A DNA stretch of 64,000 bases from Acidobacteriaceae bacterium (GCA_036267395.1 DATAWD010000051.1:872-64871); one strand, 5' to 3'. Shown: positions 17,850 to 28,165, counted from the stretch's first letter. The notes: generated from the letters alone by a model not told the origin. Program-made: numbers and translations.

Positions 17850-20288
17850 ATGGCAAGACTCCTGCACGACGTCCGCTATGCCTTGCGCCAGCTGCGCCGC
17901 AGCCCCTGGTTCACGGCCACTGCAGTTCTTATGCTTGCGTTGGGCATCTGCGCTGCGAGCACCGCCCTCAGCTGGATTGAGGGCACCCTGCTGCGCCCGG
18001 TCCCCGGCGCCCGCGACACCGGCGCCCTCGTCTCGATCATGCGCGGCACCTGGAATCCCTCGCCCGCGCCTCCCTTTTCCTATCCCGATTACCGTGATCT
18101 TCGCGACGCCAACCGCACTTTCAGCGGCATCCTCGGCTATCACCACGACTGGGCCACCCTGACCGGCGGCGATTCGCCGCAACGGATTTACGCCGCCCAG
18201 GTCACCGGCAACTACTTCGATGTGCTGGGAATCCGGCCGACTCTGGGACGATTCTTCCGTCTTGATGAAGAAGCCCGCCTCGGCGGCGTTCCGTTCGTCG
18301 TCCTCGGCTACTCACTCTGGAAGACACGCTTCCAGGGCGACCCAGCCATTCTCGGCAAATCCATCGAGATCCAGCATCAGCCGTTCACCATCATCGGTGT
18401 CGCACCGCAGGGCTTCATCGGATGCATGCCTGCCATCCGCGAGGACATGTGGGCGCCGCTCGCCGTCGGAACCGCCCCCGGCAGCAACGACTGGCCCATA
18501 TTGCATCGTGAAGATACCTGGCTCAACGTGGTGGGTCGCCTGCGCCCCGGAGTCAGCCGAGCAGCGGCCACTCAGGACCTCGAAACCATCATGCGCCGGC
18601 TCGTGGCCGCATACCCCGCAGCCCATCTCGGCGTCAACACCATCACGCTTGATCCCATGTGGCGTTCTCCGTTCGGCGGAAACGGCTACTTCGCCGCCAC
18701 GCTTCCGATCCTGCTGGCGTTTGCGGCTCTGGTACTGCTCCTCACCTGCGCCAACGTTGCCACGCTCATGCTCGTGCGCTTTGTCGCACGCGCGCGGGAC
18801 CTCGCCATTCGCCAATCGCTGGGCGCCGGCCGCGCCGCTCTCATGCGCCAGATGATCCTCGAGGGACTCATCGTCTCGCTCGCCGGATCCGCCGTCGCCC
18901 TCCTCCTCACAGTCTGGACATCAAAGATGCTCGGCCATTTTCTTCCCCCTAATGCCATCCCTGTTGCCGTGAGCGGCACCGTTGACCAGGGCGTGGTGCT
19001 GGTGCTTTTACTGGTTGCCATAGGTGCTGGGGTGCTCTGCGGAGCCCTGCCTGCCTGGCGTTCCTCCCACATCACTCCCGCGCAGGTCCTCCGCCAGGAG
19101 TCCGCGAACCTCTCTTCCGGCTCGCACAACCGGCATGTCCTCAGCGGACTCGTCGTGGCGCAGGTAGGACTATCAGTCGCTCTGCTCGTCTGCGCCGGGC
19201 TCTTCCTGCGCACGCTGCACAATACAGCCACAGCCAATCCCGGCTTCGACGGATCGCACGTGCTCACCGCCTCTATCGGCCTCGACAGCGGATATTCCGG
19301 CAGCGAAGTACGCCAGTTCCAGAAAAAGATCCTGGCCCGCGCGCGCCAGCTTCCCGGCGTCTCGGAAGTCTCGCTCACCGACTGGCTGCCCCTCAGTCTG
19401 AGCCGCAAAACCGGCGACGTATGGCCGGAGGGCTATGTGCCGCAGCCGCATGAATCCGGTGAGGTAACCCGCGCCGATGTCTCCGCCGGATATTTCGCGA
19501 CCCTGCAGATTCCCCTGATCGAGGGTCGGGCCTTTCTCGATACCGACGATGAGAAAGCGCCACCGGTCATGATCGTGGATCAGGCCGCCGCTGCCCGTTA
19601 CTGGCCGGGCAGCGATCCGCTGGGTCGCCGGCTCCGCATGTGGAACACACTCTATACCGTCGTGGGCGTCGCAAAGAACTCCGCCCATCTGCGCATGGGA
19701 GAAAATCCCGAGCCCATGATCTACAGCTCCATCCTGCAGGGAGGTGGTCCGGAGGCAATCCTGCAGATCCGCACACCCGGCGATCCCGCGGCCACTGCCC
19801 CAGCGGTCGTCGAGGCCATCCACCAAATCAACCCGCAGTGGCTGGTCTACGACGTCCGCTCTCTGCGTCAGACTACGGAGATCGCCAGCACCTTCGCCAT
19901 CCTCGAATCCACCTTCGCTTCAGCGTTTGCTCTGCTGGCGCTGGTGCTGGCCGCTTCCGGCATCTATGGCGTCCTCGCCTATCGCGCACAGCTGCGCACG
20001 CACGAAATCGGTATCCGCATGGCTTTGGGAGCCGCGCGCCACGATTTGCTCTGGCTCATCCTGCGCCAGGGTCTGCGCCTCGCCGCTTTCGGCATTGCCC
20101 TCGGCGTCGTTCTTGCCCTGGCTCTTACCCGGTTCATCAGCGCTCAGCTATACGGAGTGAGCCCGGCTGACCCGCTCACCTTTATTCTCGTCGCCCTGCT
20201 GCTGGCCGTCGTGGCCGGCGCTGCCTCTTTTCTGCCCGCGCTCCGCGCCATGCGCACCGATCCCATGACCGCCATCCACGAGTCGTAG
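17850..20288 (+). CDS. ADOP-family duplicated permease (MacB-like periplasmic core + FtsX, twice)
   Basis: Start moved to ATG 17850 (MARLLHDVRYALRQLRRSPWFTATAVLMLALGICA), which is the canonical ADOP N-terminus. Two FtsX modules. C-terminus LYGVSPADPLTF..PALRAMRTDPMTAI. Confidence 0.9.
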   Translation: MARLLHDVRYALRQLRRSPWFTATAVLMLALGICAASTALSWIEGTLLRPVPGARDTGALVSIMRGTWNPSPAPPFSYPDYRDLRDANRTFSGILGYHHDWATLTGGDSPQRIYAAQVTGNYFDVLGIRPTLGRFFRLDEEARLGGVPFVVLGYSLWKTRFQGDPAILGKSIEIQHQPFTIIGVAPQGFIGCMPAIREDMWAPLAVGTAPGSNDWPILHREDTWLNVVGRLRPGVSRAAATQDLETIMRRLVAAYPAAHLGVNTITLDPMWRSPFGGNGYFAATLPILLAFAALVLLLTCANVATLMLVRFVARARDLAIRQSLGAGRAALMRQMILEGLIVSLAGSAVALLLTVWTSKMLGHFLPPNAIPVAVSGTVDQGVVLVLLLVAIGAGVLCGALPAWRSSHITPAQVLRQESANLSSGSHNRHVLSGLVVAQVGLSVALLVCAGLFLRTLHNTATANPGFDGSHVLTASIGLDSGYSGSEVRQFQKKILARARQLPGVSEVSLTDWLPLSLSRKTGDVWPEGYVPQPHESGEVTRADVSAGYFATLQIPLIEGRAFLDTDDEKAPPVMIVDQAAAARYWPGSDPLGRRLRMWNTLYTVVGVAKNSAHLRMGENPEPMIYSSILQGGGPEAILQIRTPGDPAATAPAVVEAIHQINPQWLVYDVRSLRQTTEIASTFAILESTFASAFALLALVLAASGIYGVLAYRAQLRTHEIGIRMALGAARHDLLWLILRQGLRLAAFGIALGVVLALALTRFISAQLYGVSPADPLTFILVALLLAVVAGAASFLPALRAMRTDPMTAIHES

Positions 20289-20364
20289 CTCGAAATCTCC
20301 TGGCGCTTCCAGGTTCTCCCGGGAATAATCCCCTTGGAGTCGCTCGCCCCCTGAAAGCCCCCGA

Positions 20365-21891
20365 ATGAGGCATCATAAGAGCGTGCGCTTGATTCTGGCT
20401 CTCGATCAGGGAACCACCAGCTCCCGGGCCATTCTCTTTGGACACGATGCCACCGTCCTCGGCGTCGCGCAGCAGGAGTTCCGCCAGATCTATCCAAACG
20501 TCGGATGGGTCGAGCACGATCCCTACGACATCCTGACCTCGCAGCTCACCTCCGCCGTCGAAGTGCTGGGCAGAGCCGGCGTGCGTCCCCGCGACCTGAC
20601 CGCCCTCGGCATCACGAATCAGCGCGAAACTACACTGGTCTGGAATCGCCAAACCGGCAAGCCGATCTACAACGCCATCGTCTGGCAGGATCGTCGTGGT
20701 GCTGCGCTCTGCCAGAAGCTGATGGACGACGGCTCGGAAGAGATGATCCGCGGCCGGACTGGCCTCCTTATCGACTCCTATTTTTCCGCGACCAAAATCG
20801 CCTGGATTCTCGACAACGTCCCGGGAGCGCGCGACCAGGCCGATCGCGGCAAGCTGGCCTTTGGCACCGTCGATTCGTGGCTCATCTGGAACCTCACCAG
20901 CGGCCAGCGCCACATCACCGACCGCACCAATGCCAGCCGCACCATGCTTTACAACATCGTCGAGGATCGCTGGGATCCCGAGTTGCTCCGGCTCCTCAGG
21001 ATCCCGGAGAATCTCATGCCGGAAGTGGTTGCGTCCAGCGCACGCGTCGGGCAGGTCACCACCACCCTCGGCCTCGGCGACGTGCCCATTGCCGGCATCG
21101 CCGGCGATCAGCAGGCGGCGCTCTTCGGCCAACTCTGCGTCAAGCCCGGCCAGGCGAAAAACACCTACGGCACCGGCTGCTTTCTGCTCAAGCACCTCGG
21201 CAACGAATTTACCCTCTCTCGCCGAAAGCTGATTACTACCCTGGCCGCCAGTCCTTCCAACCAGCCGGAATACGTGCTCGAAGGCAGCATCTTTGTGGGC
21301 GGTGCCGTAGTGCAGTGGCTCCGCGACAATATGCGCTTCTTCGATACCTCCCCTGATGTCGAATCGGTGGCCGCTTCCGTCGATTCCACCAATGGCGTCG
21401 TCTTCGTACCTGCGTTCACGGGTCTCGGCGCCCCCCATTGGGACCCTTACGCGAGTGGCCTCATCATCGGCATCCAGCGCAGCACGCAAATCGGCCACAT
21501 CGCGCGCGCCGCCATCGAGAGCATCGCCTTTCAGGTCGCCGACGTTCTCCACGCCATGGATCAGGACACACAGCAGCCGCTGCGCGAGTTGCGCGTCGAC
21601 GGTGGTGCCGCCGCCAACGATCTCCTCATGCAATTCCAGGCCGACCTGCTCGGCATTCCCGTGCATCGTCCCGCGGTCCTCGAAACGACCGCCCTCGGTG
21701 CCGCCTTTCTGGCCGGTCTCGCCGTCGGCTTCTGGAGCAGCACCGAAGAGATCGCCGCCCTGCGCGGCCCGGATACCGTCTTCCAGCCCAAAGCAGATCG
21801 CGCTGAGATGCAGCGCCGCCAGGTGAAGTGGCAGGACGCGGTGCAGCGCGCCCGCGGCTGGAATCGCCCGACAAACTCCACTCCTAACTGA
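20365..21891 (+). CDS. glpK: Glycerol kinase
   Basis: 508 aa. Has LALDQGTTSSRAILF, GWVEHDP, GITNQRETT, IAGIAGDQQAALFGQ and GTGCF. Confidence 0.97.
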   Translation: MRHHKSVRLILALDQGTTSSRAILFGHDATVLGVAQQEFRQIYPNVGWVEHDPYDILTSQLTSAVEVLGRAGVRPRDLTALGITNQRETTLVWNRQTGKPIYNAIVWQDRRGAALCQKLMDDGSEEMIRGRTGLLIDSYFSATKIAWILDNVPGARDQADRGKLAFGTVDSWLIWNLTSGQRHITDRTNASRTMLYNIVEDRWDPELLRLLRIPENLMPEVVASSARVGQVTTTLGLGDVPIAGIAGDQQAALFGQLCVKPGQAKNTYGTGCFLLKHLGNEFTLSRRKLITTLAASPSNQPEYVLEGSIFVGGAVVQWLRDNMRFFDTSPDVESVAASVDSTNGVVFVPAFTGLGAPHWDPYASGLIIGIQRSTQIGHIARAAIESIAFQVADVLHAMDQDTQQPLRELRVDGGAAANDLLMQFQADLLGIPVHRPAVLETTALGAAFLAGLAVGFWSSTEEIAALRGPDTVFQPKADRAEMQRRQVKWQDAVQRARGWNRPTNSTPN

Positions 21892-21901
21892 GGAAGTCTT
21901 C

Positions 21902-23500
21902 ATGGATCGTGCCACTATGCTCAGCCAGCTTCGCGCCCGCCGCCAGCCCTGGGACATTGTGATCATTGGCGGCGGAGCTACTGGCGCGGGCATTGCCGTC
22001 GATGCCGCCAGCCGCGGCTTCGCGACCCTCCTTCTCGAACGCGAAGACTTCGGCAAAGGCACCTCCAGCCGCAGCACCAAATTGGTCCATGGCGGCGTGC
22101 GCTATCTGGAACAGGGCAATATCTCGCTTGTCATGGAGGCACTCAAGGAGCGCGGTGTCCTGCGTCGCAACGCGCCGCATCTGGTCCACGACGTCCCTTT
22201 CGTCGTGCCCAACTACTCCTGGTGGGAGACGCCCTTCTATGGCATCGGGCTCAAGATCTACGACCTCCTCGCCGGTCAGTATGGATTCGGTAAATCACGC
22301 CTGCTCTCGAGCGAGGAAACCCTGGAGCGCCTGCCCAATCTCCGTCAGGACGGTCTGCGCGGCGGCGTCATCTACCACGACGGCCAGTTCGACGACGCCC
22401 GCCTGCTCATCCACCTCATGGCGACCGCCACCGATCATGGTGCAACCGTGCTGAACTACACGCCCGTAAAAGCGATTCGCAAAGACGACACCGGCTTCGT
22501 GAATGGTGTTGTCGCCGAAGACACCGAGTCCGGTGAGCAATTCACGATCGATGCCCGCGTCGTCGTCAACGCCACCGGCATCTTCACCGACGAGACCCGC
22601 CGCCTCGCCAACCCCGGCGCGCCGCCGATGATTGCGCCCAGCCAGGGCATCCACCTCGTCCTCGACCGCGAATTCCTGCTCGGCACCACCGCCATCATGG
22701 TTCCTCACACCAGCGACGGCCGCGTTCTCTTCGCCATCCCATGGCACCAGCACGCGATCATCGGAACAACGGACACTCCGATTGACGCCCCGGTCTACGA
22801 ACCGCTCCCCTTCGAGCACGAGATCGCCTTCATCCTCGACACCGCCGCCGAATATCTCAGCCGCCCGCCCCGCCGCGAAGATGTCCTCAGTGTCTATGTC
22901 GGAATCCGCCCCCTCGTGAAAGCCGCCGGTTCCGATACCGGCAACACATCGGCGATTTCCCGCGACCATACCATCCATATTGACGACTCAGGCCTGTTAA
23001 CCATCGCCGGCGGCAAGTGGACCACCTACCGCCGCATGGCTCAGGACGCTGTCGATCACGCCATCACACTCGGCCGGCTGGAAGACAAGCCCTGCGTCAC
23101 CCAAAACCTTCGCCTGCACGGCTGCCAGGAGAGCACCGAAGCGACCGATCCACTGGCCGTGTACGGATCCGACGCGGAGAAGATTCGCCGTCTCGCTGCC
23201 GAATCTCCGGAGCTGTCGCGCCCCCTCGATCCCGAGCTTCCCCCCATTGCCGCCGAAGTGGTGTGGGCCGTGCGCGAAGAGATGGCTCGCTCTGTCGAAG
23301 ACATTCTGGCGCGGCGAACCCGCGCTCTCTTCCTGCGTGCCCGGGTTGCGTTGCGCATGGCGCCGGCTGTAGCCGCGCTCATGGCTGGCGAGCTTGGCCG
23401 GGATTCGGCCTGGATCGCCCGCCAACTCGAGGACTTCCACCAACTCGCCGCGCAGTACACGCTGAAGCGAACAGCCGGAGACCCTCCGCAAGCCAAATAA
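21902..23500 (+). CDS. glpD: FAD-dependent glycerol-3-phosphate dehydrogenase/oxidase
   Basis: 532 aa. Has DIVIIGGGATGAGIAVDAASRG and GTSSRSTKLVHGGVRYLEQG, plus a C-terminal alpha-helical domain. Lies 10 nt after glpK. Confidence 0.93.
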   Translation: MDRATMLSQLRARRQPWDIVIIGGGATGAGIAVDAASRGFATLLLEREDFGKGTSSRSTKLVHGGVRYLEQGNISLVMEALKERGVLRRNAPHLVHDVPFVVPNYSWWETPFYGIGLKIYDLLAGQYGFGKSRLLSSEETLERLPNLRQDGLRGGVIYHDGQFDDARLLIHLMATATDHGATVLNYTPVKAIRKDDTGFVNGVVAEDTESGEQFTIDARVVVNATGIFTDETRRLANPGAPPMIAPSQGIHLVLDREFLLGTTAIMVPHTSDGRVLFAIPWHQHAIIGTTDTPIDAPVYEPLPFEHEIAFILDTAAEYLSRPPRREDVLSVYVGIRPLVKAAGSDTGNTSAISRDHTIHIDDSGLLTIAGGKWTTYRRMAQDAVDHAITLGRLEDKPCVTQNLRLHGCQESTEATDPLAVYGSDAEKIRRLAAESPELSRPLDPELPPIAAEVVWAVREEMARSVEDILARRTRALFLRARVALRMAPAVAALMAGELGRDSAWIARQLEDFHQLAAQYTLKRTAGDPPQAK

Positions 23501-23515
23501 CCTCTCCCAAAAGGG

Positions 23516-23529
23516 GGGGCGGTAGCCCC
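23516..23529. terminator. Weak candidate bidirectional terminator hairpin (GGGGC-GGTA-GCCCC)
   Basis: The only stem-loop in the 33-nt gap between convergent glpD (stop 23500) and the GH130 gene (stop 23534). No U-tract. Confidence 0.25.
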
Positions 23530-23533
23530 ATCC

Positions 23534-24655
23534 TTAGCGCCGTGCCGGCTCGTGCCGCATCGGCGCCGTCACCACGCCCACAAACGAATCGGCGCAACCA
23601 TAATAGAGAACCCATTGGCCGTGGAACGCCACCAACCCTTCCGCAAACGTGGTCCCCGCCACATACTGGCCGCTCCTTTCCCAGGGCATCGTCGGCTCCA
23701 GCACCGGATTATCTGTGCGCGCCAGCAGCTTCGCCGGATTCTTCGCATCGAACAATGCCTCTCCAACCGCGTACGTGCTGGGCGCCAGCCCCGGATCGCC
23801 CCCGGAGTTCGCATTCTTTCCGTTGTAGAGAACTACGATGCCGCGACTCGTCAGCACCGGAGGCGGCCCCGTCTCCGGAAAAGAGCTGTCGAATCGCCCC
23901 GGCCGCGGCCGCAGCACTTCCACCGGGGTCCCGTGCTTGTCCTCCACCGGCGTCCAGTGGATCAAATCCGGCGACGTCGCCAGATGAATCGCTCCCTCAC
24001 CCCAGTACATCCAGTACTTGCCCTCGATCCGAGTCGCAACCAGGCGCCCATCCCGCAGCTCCGTCACAATCCCCGCAGATTTGTATTTCAGCTGCGCGTA
24101 CTTCCCACCCTCCGCATCCAGAAAAGCCGGCCCGTGCTTTGTCCAGTGCACCAGATCCCGCGACGTGGCGATGCCCACCGAATACGTCTTGCGGTTCCAC
24201 TGCGTATACGTCAGCACATAGATTCCATCCCCGCTCTCCACAATCCGCGGATCCTCTACCCCTCCCGGCCACTCGCGACTCTTCTGGTCGTCCTCGGCCG
24301 GATAGAACACCGGCTCCCCCCGCCGTGTGAAGTGAATGCCGTCGCTGCTCTCCGCCAGCCCCAGCCGCGACGTGTGCATCCCGATCTGCATTTCTCCCGT
24401 GTTGTCCTCGGCGCGGTACAGCACGTCAATCTTCCCATCGCGCACCACCGCCGCCGGGTTGAACGTGTGCAGCGCCTCCCAGTGCACCGGCGCTTTGCGA
24501 ATCGGATCCTGAAAGACCGACGCAGGGTTCGGCGTTATCACCGGATGGTCCTCCGCGGGCCGCGCAAACGGGACAATCTCCCAACCACGCTGTACCGTCG
24601 GTGCCCCGGCCACGAACCCTACAACCACCGCCAGCAACAATGACCTGATTCTCAT
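23534..24655 (-). CDS. Exported GH130-family glycosidase/phosphorylase-like protein (DUF377 beta-propeller)
   Basis: Start at ATG 24655 (MRIRSLLLAVVVGFVAG, signal peptide). Has HTFNPAAVVRDGKIDVLYRAED, RLGLAESSDGIHF, GGVEDPRIVE, IYVLTYTQWN and VGIATSRDLVHWTKHG. Confidence 0.85.
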   Translation of the reverse strand: MRIRSLLLAVVVGFVAGAPTVQRGWEIVPFARPAEDHPVITPNPASVFQDPIRKAPVHWEALHTFNPAAVVRDGKIDVLYRAEDNTGEMQIGMHTSRLGLAESSDGIHFTRRGEPVFYPAEDDQKSREWPGGVEDPRIVESGDGIYVLTYTQWNRKTYSVGIATSRDLVHWTKHGPAFLDAEGGKYAQLKYKSAGIVTELRDGRLVATRIEGKYWMYWGEGAIHLATSPDLIHWTPVEDKHGTPVEVLRPRPGRFDSSFPETGPPPVLTSRGIVVLYNGKNANSGGDPGLAPSTYAVGEALFDAKNPAKLLARTDNPVLEPTMPWERSGQYVAGTTFAEGLVAFHGQWVLYYGCADSFVGVVTAPMRHEPARR

Positions 24656-24666
24656 CGCTCTCCCGC

Positions 24667-26298
24667 TTATTTTGCCGCCCCGCAACTGGCCCTGCCCCCA
24701 TCCAGCGCCAGGGAAAAGCGCCGGGCTCCCTCATCGTCAGGAGCAAACAGCAGGACGCGGCGAAGTGTCTTTTCCGCCGCAGCAGGATCGCCCTGCCGGC
24801 ATTGGGTGACAGCCAGATCGACGCCAGCCGTGCTGGACCCCGGATCATCCCCGAAGACCTTCGCCAGCAAAGGCGTCACCGCCACAAAATTTCCCTGCCG
24901 CGCGTCGAGAATCGCCAGATCCGCTGCTGCGGTCGCATTCCACGGATCGGCATGCAGAGCCTGCTGATACTCGGCGGCGGCGCGCGCCCGGTCTCCGTTA
25001 GCCTGCTCCAGAAAGCCCAGATTCACATGCAGGTCTGCATCCTCGGCCTGCTTTGCGTCGGAGCTCTCGGCCTGCAGCAAAAGATTCAGCGCGCGCTCCC
25101 CCGCCGCCTGATCGCCCCGCAGCGCCAGTGACGCCCATGCGATCCCTTCGTCTCGCACCGTAGGCTCGCTCCCGCCAATCGCAACCAGTTCCCCGCCCGT
25201 GTTCGCACGATGGAACGGCTTGCCCGGAATCTGAATCCGGTGATCCGTCACCTGCTCGTGCGCGATATCCTCGGTCGCTTGCCGCGGCATATGGCACGCC
25301 GTGCAGTCGGGATTCTCCGCATGGTGACCGGACGCCAGCCCCGTATGGCATGACAGGCAGCGCGCCCGGTAATACGCAACACGATTTTCCGCCGCCACCG
25401 TCGCGTGGGGATCATGGCAGGTCGTGCACGTCATCCGATCGCCGCTGGCTCGTTTGCACGCGCTTTCCAGCAGCGATTCCCACTGGCTCGTCGCCCGTCC
25501 TTCCGGCCCGATCTTCCGCCCATCTTCGAAATATACCGCCTCGTCGAACAGATTGTCCCCGGGACGAAACGCCCCCAGCTTCTGTCCCTGCTTGACCACC
25601 GCCACTTCCCCTTCGAGGTGGCATTCAAGGCAGATGGATTCGCGGCGCAAACCGGTCAGCTTCGCAGGATCGATCATCGGCTCCCGCCCACCACTCGCCA
25701 GATGCCGCGTCCCATCGCCATGGCAGGCTTCACAGGTGATGCCGCCATGCGGAAATGGCGCCCCCGCAAACTTGTTCCGCGCTTCGGGCAGGGACGCCCG
25801 CACGTCGCTGGCGTGACAGTGTAAACATCCTGAATCGACCGGTAGCGTAAATGGCATCGACTGCGCCTGCAGATAGTGCGGCGTCATATCCCACATATGC
25901 TTCTTCGCGTACCAGTTGATCGGGATTTCGTACCAGTAGCCCTCCCGCTCGTAGATCCACGTCCGCCCCCGGCGCCCTGACCCCAGATAGAAGAGCAGCA
26001 ACTGCCTCCCCTTGAGTGCACGGTCCGGCGCTGCATTGGGCCTTTCGTACGAAAGCCACACCTGACCGTGATCCAGCTCCATCCGGTAATGCACACCTGA
26101 AGGCGCGTGCGTGAAATCCGCAGGGATAAAGCCCTCGGCGGCCGGTCCGCTCGCCTCCGCCATCGGCGTGCGCTTCCACGATTCATAAATCTTCTGGTGA
26201 CACGACGCGCAACGCGCATCCGAATCCTGCGCCCGCGCGCAGCGCACCCCGAGCAACAATCCGGCGATCATCACCACGACAGCGACATGCCTGCGCAT
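24667..26298 (-). CDS. Exported heptahaem c-type cytochrome fused to C-terminal TPR repeats
   Basis: 543 aa with a signal peptide. Seven CXXCH motifs (CASCH, CLHCH, CEACH, CLECH, CTTCH, CLSCH, CTACH). The last roughly 170 aa are TPR-like (..LGFLEQANGDRARAAAEYQQALHADPWN..). Confidence 0.85.
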   Translation of the reverse strand: MRRHVAVVVMIAGLLLGVRCARAQDSDARCASCHQKIYESWKRTPMAEASGPAAEGFIPADFTHAPSGVHYRMELDHGQVWLSYERPNAAPDRALKGRQLLLFYLGSGRRGRTWIYEREGYWYEIPINWYAKKHMWDMTPHYLQAQSMPFTLPVDSGCLHCHASDVRASLPEARNKFAGAPFPHGGITCEACHGDGTRHLASGGREPMIDPAKLTGLRRESICLECHLEGEVAVVKQGQKLGAFRPGDNLFDEAVYFEDGRKIGPEGRATSQWESLLESACKRASGDRMTCTTCHDPHATVAAENRVAYYRARCLSCHTGLASGHHAENPDCTACHMPRQATEDIAHEQVTDHRIQIPGKPFHRANTGGELVAIGGSEPTVRDEGIAWASLALRGDQAAGERALNLLLQAESSDAKQAEDADLHVNLGFLEQANGDRARAAAEYQQALHADPWNATAAADLAILDARQGNFVAVTPLLAKVFGDDPGSSTAGVDLAVTQCRQGDPAAAEKTLRRVLLFAPDDEGARRFSLALDGGRASCGAAK

Positions 26299-26299
26299 C

Positions 26300-28165
26300 T
26301 CAGACCTTCTTCATCTCCGGAAGGCGGTATACCTCCGGCTCTTTGCCGCCCTCGTGCAGGACGTACAGGCGATCCACCGCGAGATGCTGATACGTATCCA
26401 ACTGCCCCGAAGGCCAGCGCACCTCCACCGACTCGGCAATATCCGCCTCGCCCAGGCCGAAGTGCAGCCGCAGATCGCTCTGCGAATAGTAGCCGCCGCC
26501 GCTGCGCACCTCGTCCAGCAGCAGCATCGGCTTCGCCTGATTAGACTGCGTCTTCGCCCGCACTCGAATCTGCGCGCCGATCCCGCTGCGATTCGACCGT
26601 ACGCCCACCACCCGGAACCGGATCCAGTGATGCTGCAGCTTCGACTCACAGTGCAGCAGTTGCGGCAGGCTGTTCATGCAGTTCACCACCACATCCAGCC
26701 GCCCATCGTTGTCGTAATCGCCAAAGGCGCACCCGCGCGCCGGAACCGCGGCTGTAATGCCGGGCCCGCCCAGAGCGCTCACGTCATCAAAACGCCCATT
26801 GCGAAGATTGCGATACAGGTATTTGTGCTCCGCGTAGGGTGCCTCGGTCTTTACGCTGTTCACCTCGGGATACACGTGCCCATTGGCCACCAGCAGATCG
26901 AGCCAGCCATCGTTATCCATGTCGAAGAAACCGATGCCCCAGCCCAGATAGCGGGTGTTCATGCCCAGTCCCGCCTGATACGTGCGGTCTTCGAAGTTGA
27001 ACCCGCCCAGATTTGCATACAGCGAATCGGTATCCCCGGCAAAGTTGGTCTTCGCGATGTCCAGCAGCCCATCGCGGTTGTAATCCCCCACCGTCACGCC
27101 CATACCCGCCTGCGGCTTCCCATCCGGCGAAAACGCCACACCGGCTTCAATGGCGACATCGCGGAAAGTGCCATCCTTCTGGTTCTGGTACAGCGTCGCC
27201 GCGGTCGAATCGTTCGCTACATAGATGTCGGGCCAGCCATCGTTGTCGAAATCCGCCACCGTCGCACTCAGCGCGTAATTGCCATACGTATCCCAGATGT
27301 TTGCCTTCGCCGATACGTCGGTGAAGGTCCCGTTCCCATTGCTGTGGTACAGGATGTTTTTCCCCGGAGCCAATCCCGGCGGCCCGCATGCCACCAGAAT
27401 TCCCTTGTACAAGCAGGGCCCCGACTCCGGCAGCGGTGCTGTCTTCAGATCGAGATCGATGTAGTTGCCGACGAACAGATCCAGGTGGCCGTCGCGATCG
27501 TAATCAAGAAAAGCGCAGCCCGAGTTCCACCGCTGCTTCGACTGCAGCAGGCCCGCTTTTGCCGTCACATCGGTAAACGCTCCGTTGCCGTTGTTGCGAA
27601 ACAGCGCGTTCTGTCCGTAATAGGTCACGAACAGATCATCCCAGCCGTCATTGTCGTAATCGCCCACGCAGCAGGCCTGACCCCATCCGCTGCGCGCCAG
27701 CCCCGCCCTCGCCGTCACGTCGGTAAACGTTCCGTCGCGATTGTTTTTGAACAGATGGCACGTCGGCTCCGTGCCTTTGGGAAACCCCTCCAGCCGCCAG
27801 CCATTCACCAGGAAAATATCCAGCCATCCGTCCTGGTCGTAGTCATAGAAGGCGACCCCGCAGCCCGTTGTCTCCAGCAGATATTTGTTAGTGTGCTCGC
27901 CGCCAAAAATCGTCTTTACGTTCAGCCCCGACGACTCGGCCGCATCCACAAACTGTACCTCCAGCGGCGTTCCCGCAATCGGCGAGGCCGGCCCAGGAGG
28001 CGGCGGCATCGGCCGGGCATTGTAGGTTTGCTGAGCCCCCGGCTTCTGCTGCGCCGACACCAGCACATCTCGTCTCCACGGTGGCGTGGCCAGCCACAGA
28101 ACCTCCGCGAACGGGAGCACCACGGCGGTGCGGCAAAGCGACTCAAGAAAATTGCGACGATTCAT
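26300..28165 (-). CDS. CRTAC1-family protein (FG-GAP/VCBS repeats + ASPIC/UnbV domain)
   Basis: ATG 28165 gives MNRRNFLESL (Tat-like RRxFL). Repeated Ca-binding-type motifs DYDQDGWLD, DYDNDGWDD, DYDRDGHLD, DFDNDGWPD, DMDNDGWLD and DYDNDGRLD. C-terminal GGGYYSQSDLRLHFGLG (UnbV/ASPIC hallmark). Confidence 0.9.
   Translation of the reverse strand: MNRRNFLESLCRTAVVLPFAEVLWLATPPWRRDVLVSAQQKPGAQQTYNARPMPPPPGPASPIAGTPLEVQFVDAAESSGLNVKTIFGGEHTNKYLLETTGCGVAFYDYDQDGWLDIFLVNGWRLEGFPKGTEPTCHLFKNNRDGTFTDVTARAGLARSGWGQACCVGDYDNDGWDDLFVTYYGQNALFRNNGNGAFTDVTAKAGLLQSKQRWNSGCAFLDYDRDGHLDLFVGNYIDLDLKTAPLPESGPCLYKGILVACGPPGLAPGKNILYHSNGNGTFTDVSAKANIWDTYGNYALSATVADFDNDGWPDIYVANDSTAATLYQNQKDGTFRDVAIEAGVAFSPDGKPQAGMGVTVGDYNRDGLLDIAKTNFAGDTDSLYANLGGFNFEDRTYQAGLGMNTRYLGWGIGFFDMDNDGWLDLLVANGHVYPEVNSVKTEAPYAEHKYLYRNLRNGRFDDVSALGGPGITAAVPARGCAFGDYDNDGRLDVVVNCMNSLPQLLHCESKLQHHWIRFRVVGVRSNRSGIGAQIRVRAKTQSNQAKPMLLLDEVRSGGGYYSQSDLRLHFGLGEADIAESVEVRWPSGQLDTYQHLAVDRLYVLHEGGKEPEVYRLPEMKKV

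Noticed and set aside
20182-22080. 632-aa ORF antisense to glpK and the glpD start
   Set aside because: The opposite strand encodes unmistakable GlpK and GlpD. The ORF has the Gly/Ala/Arg/Glu-rich low-complexity composition typical of antisense frames in high-GC DNA.
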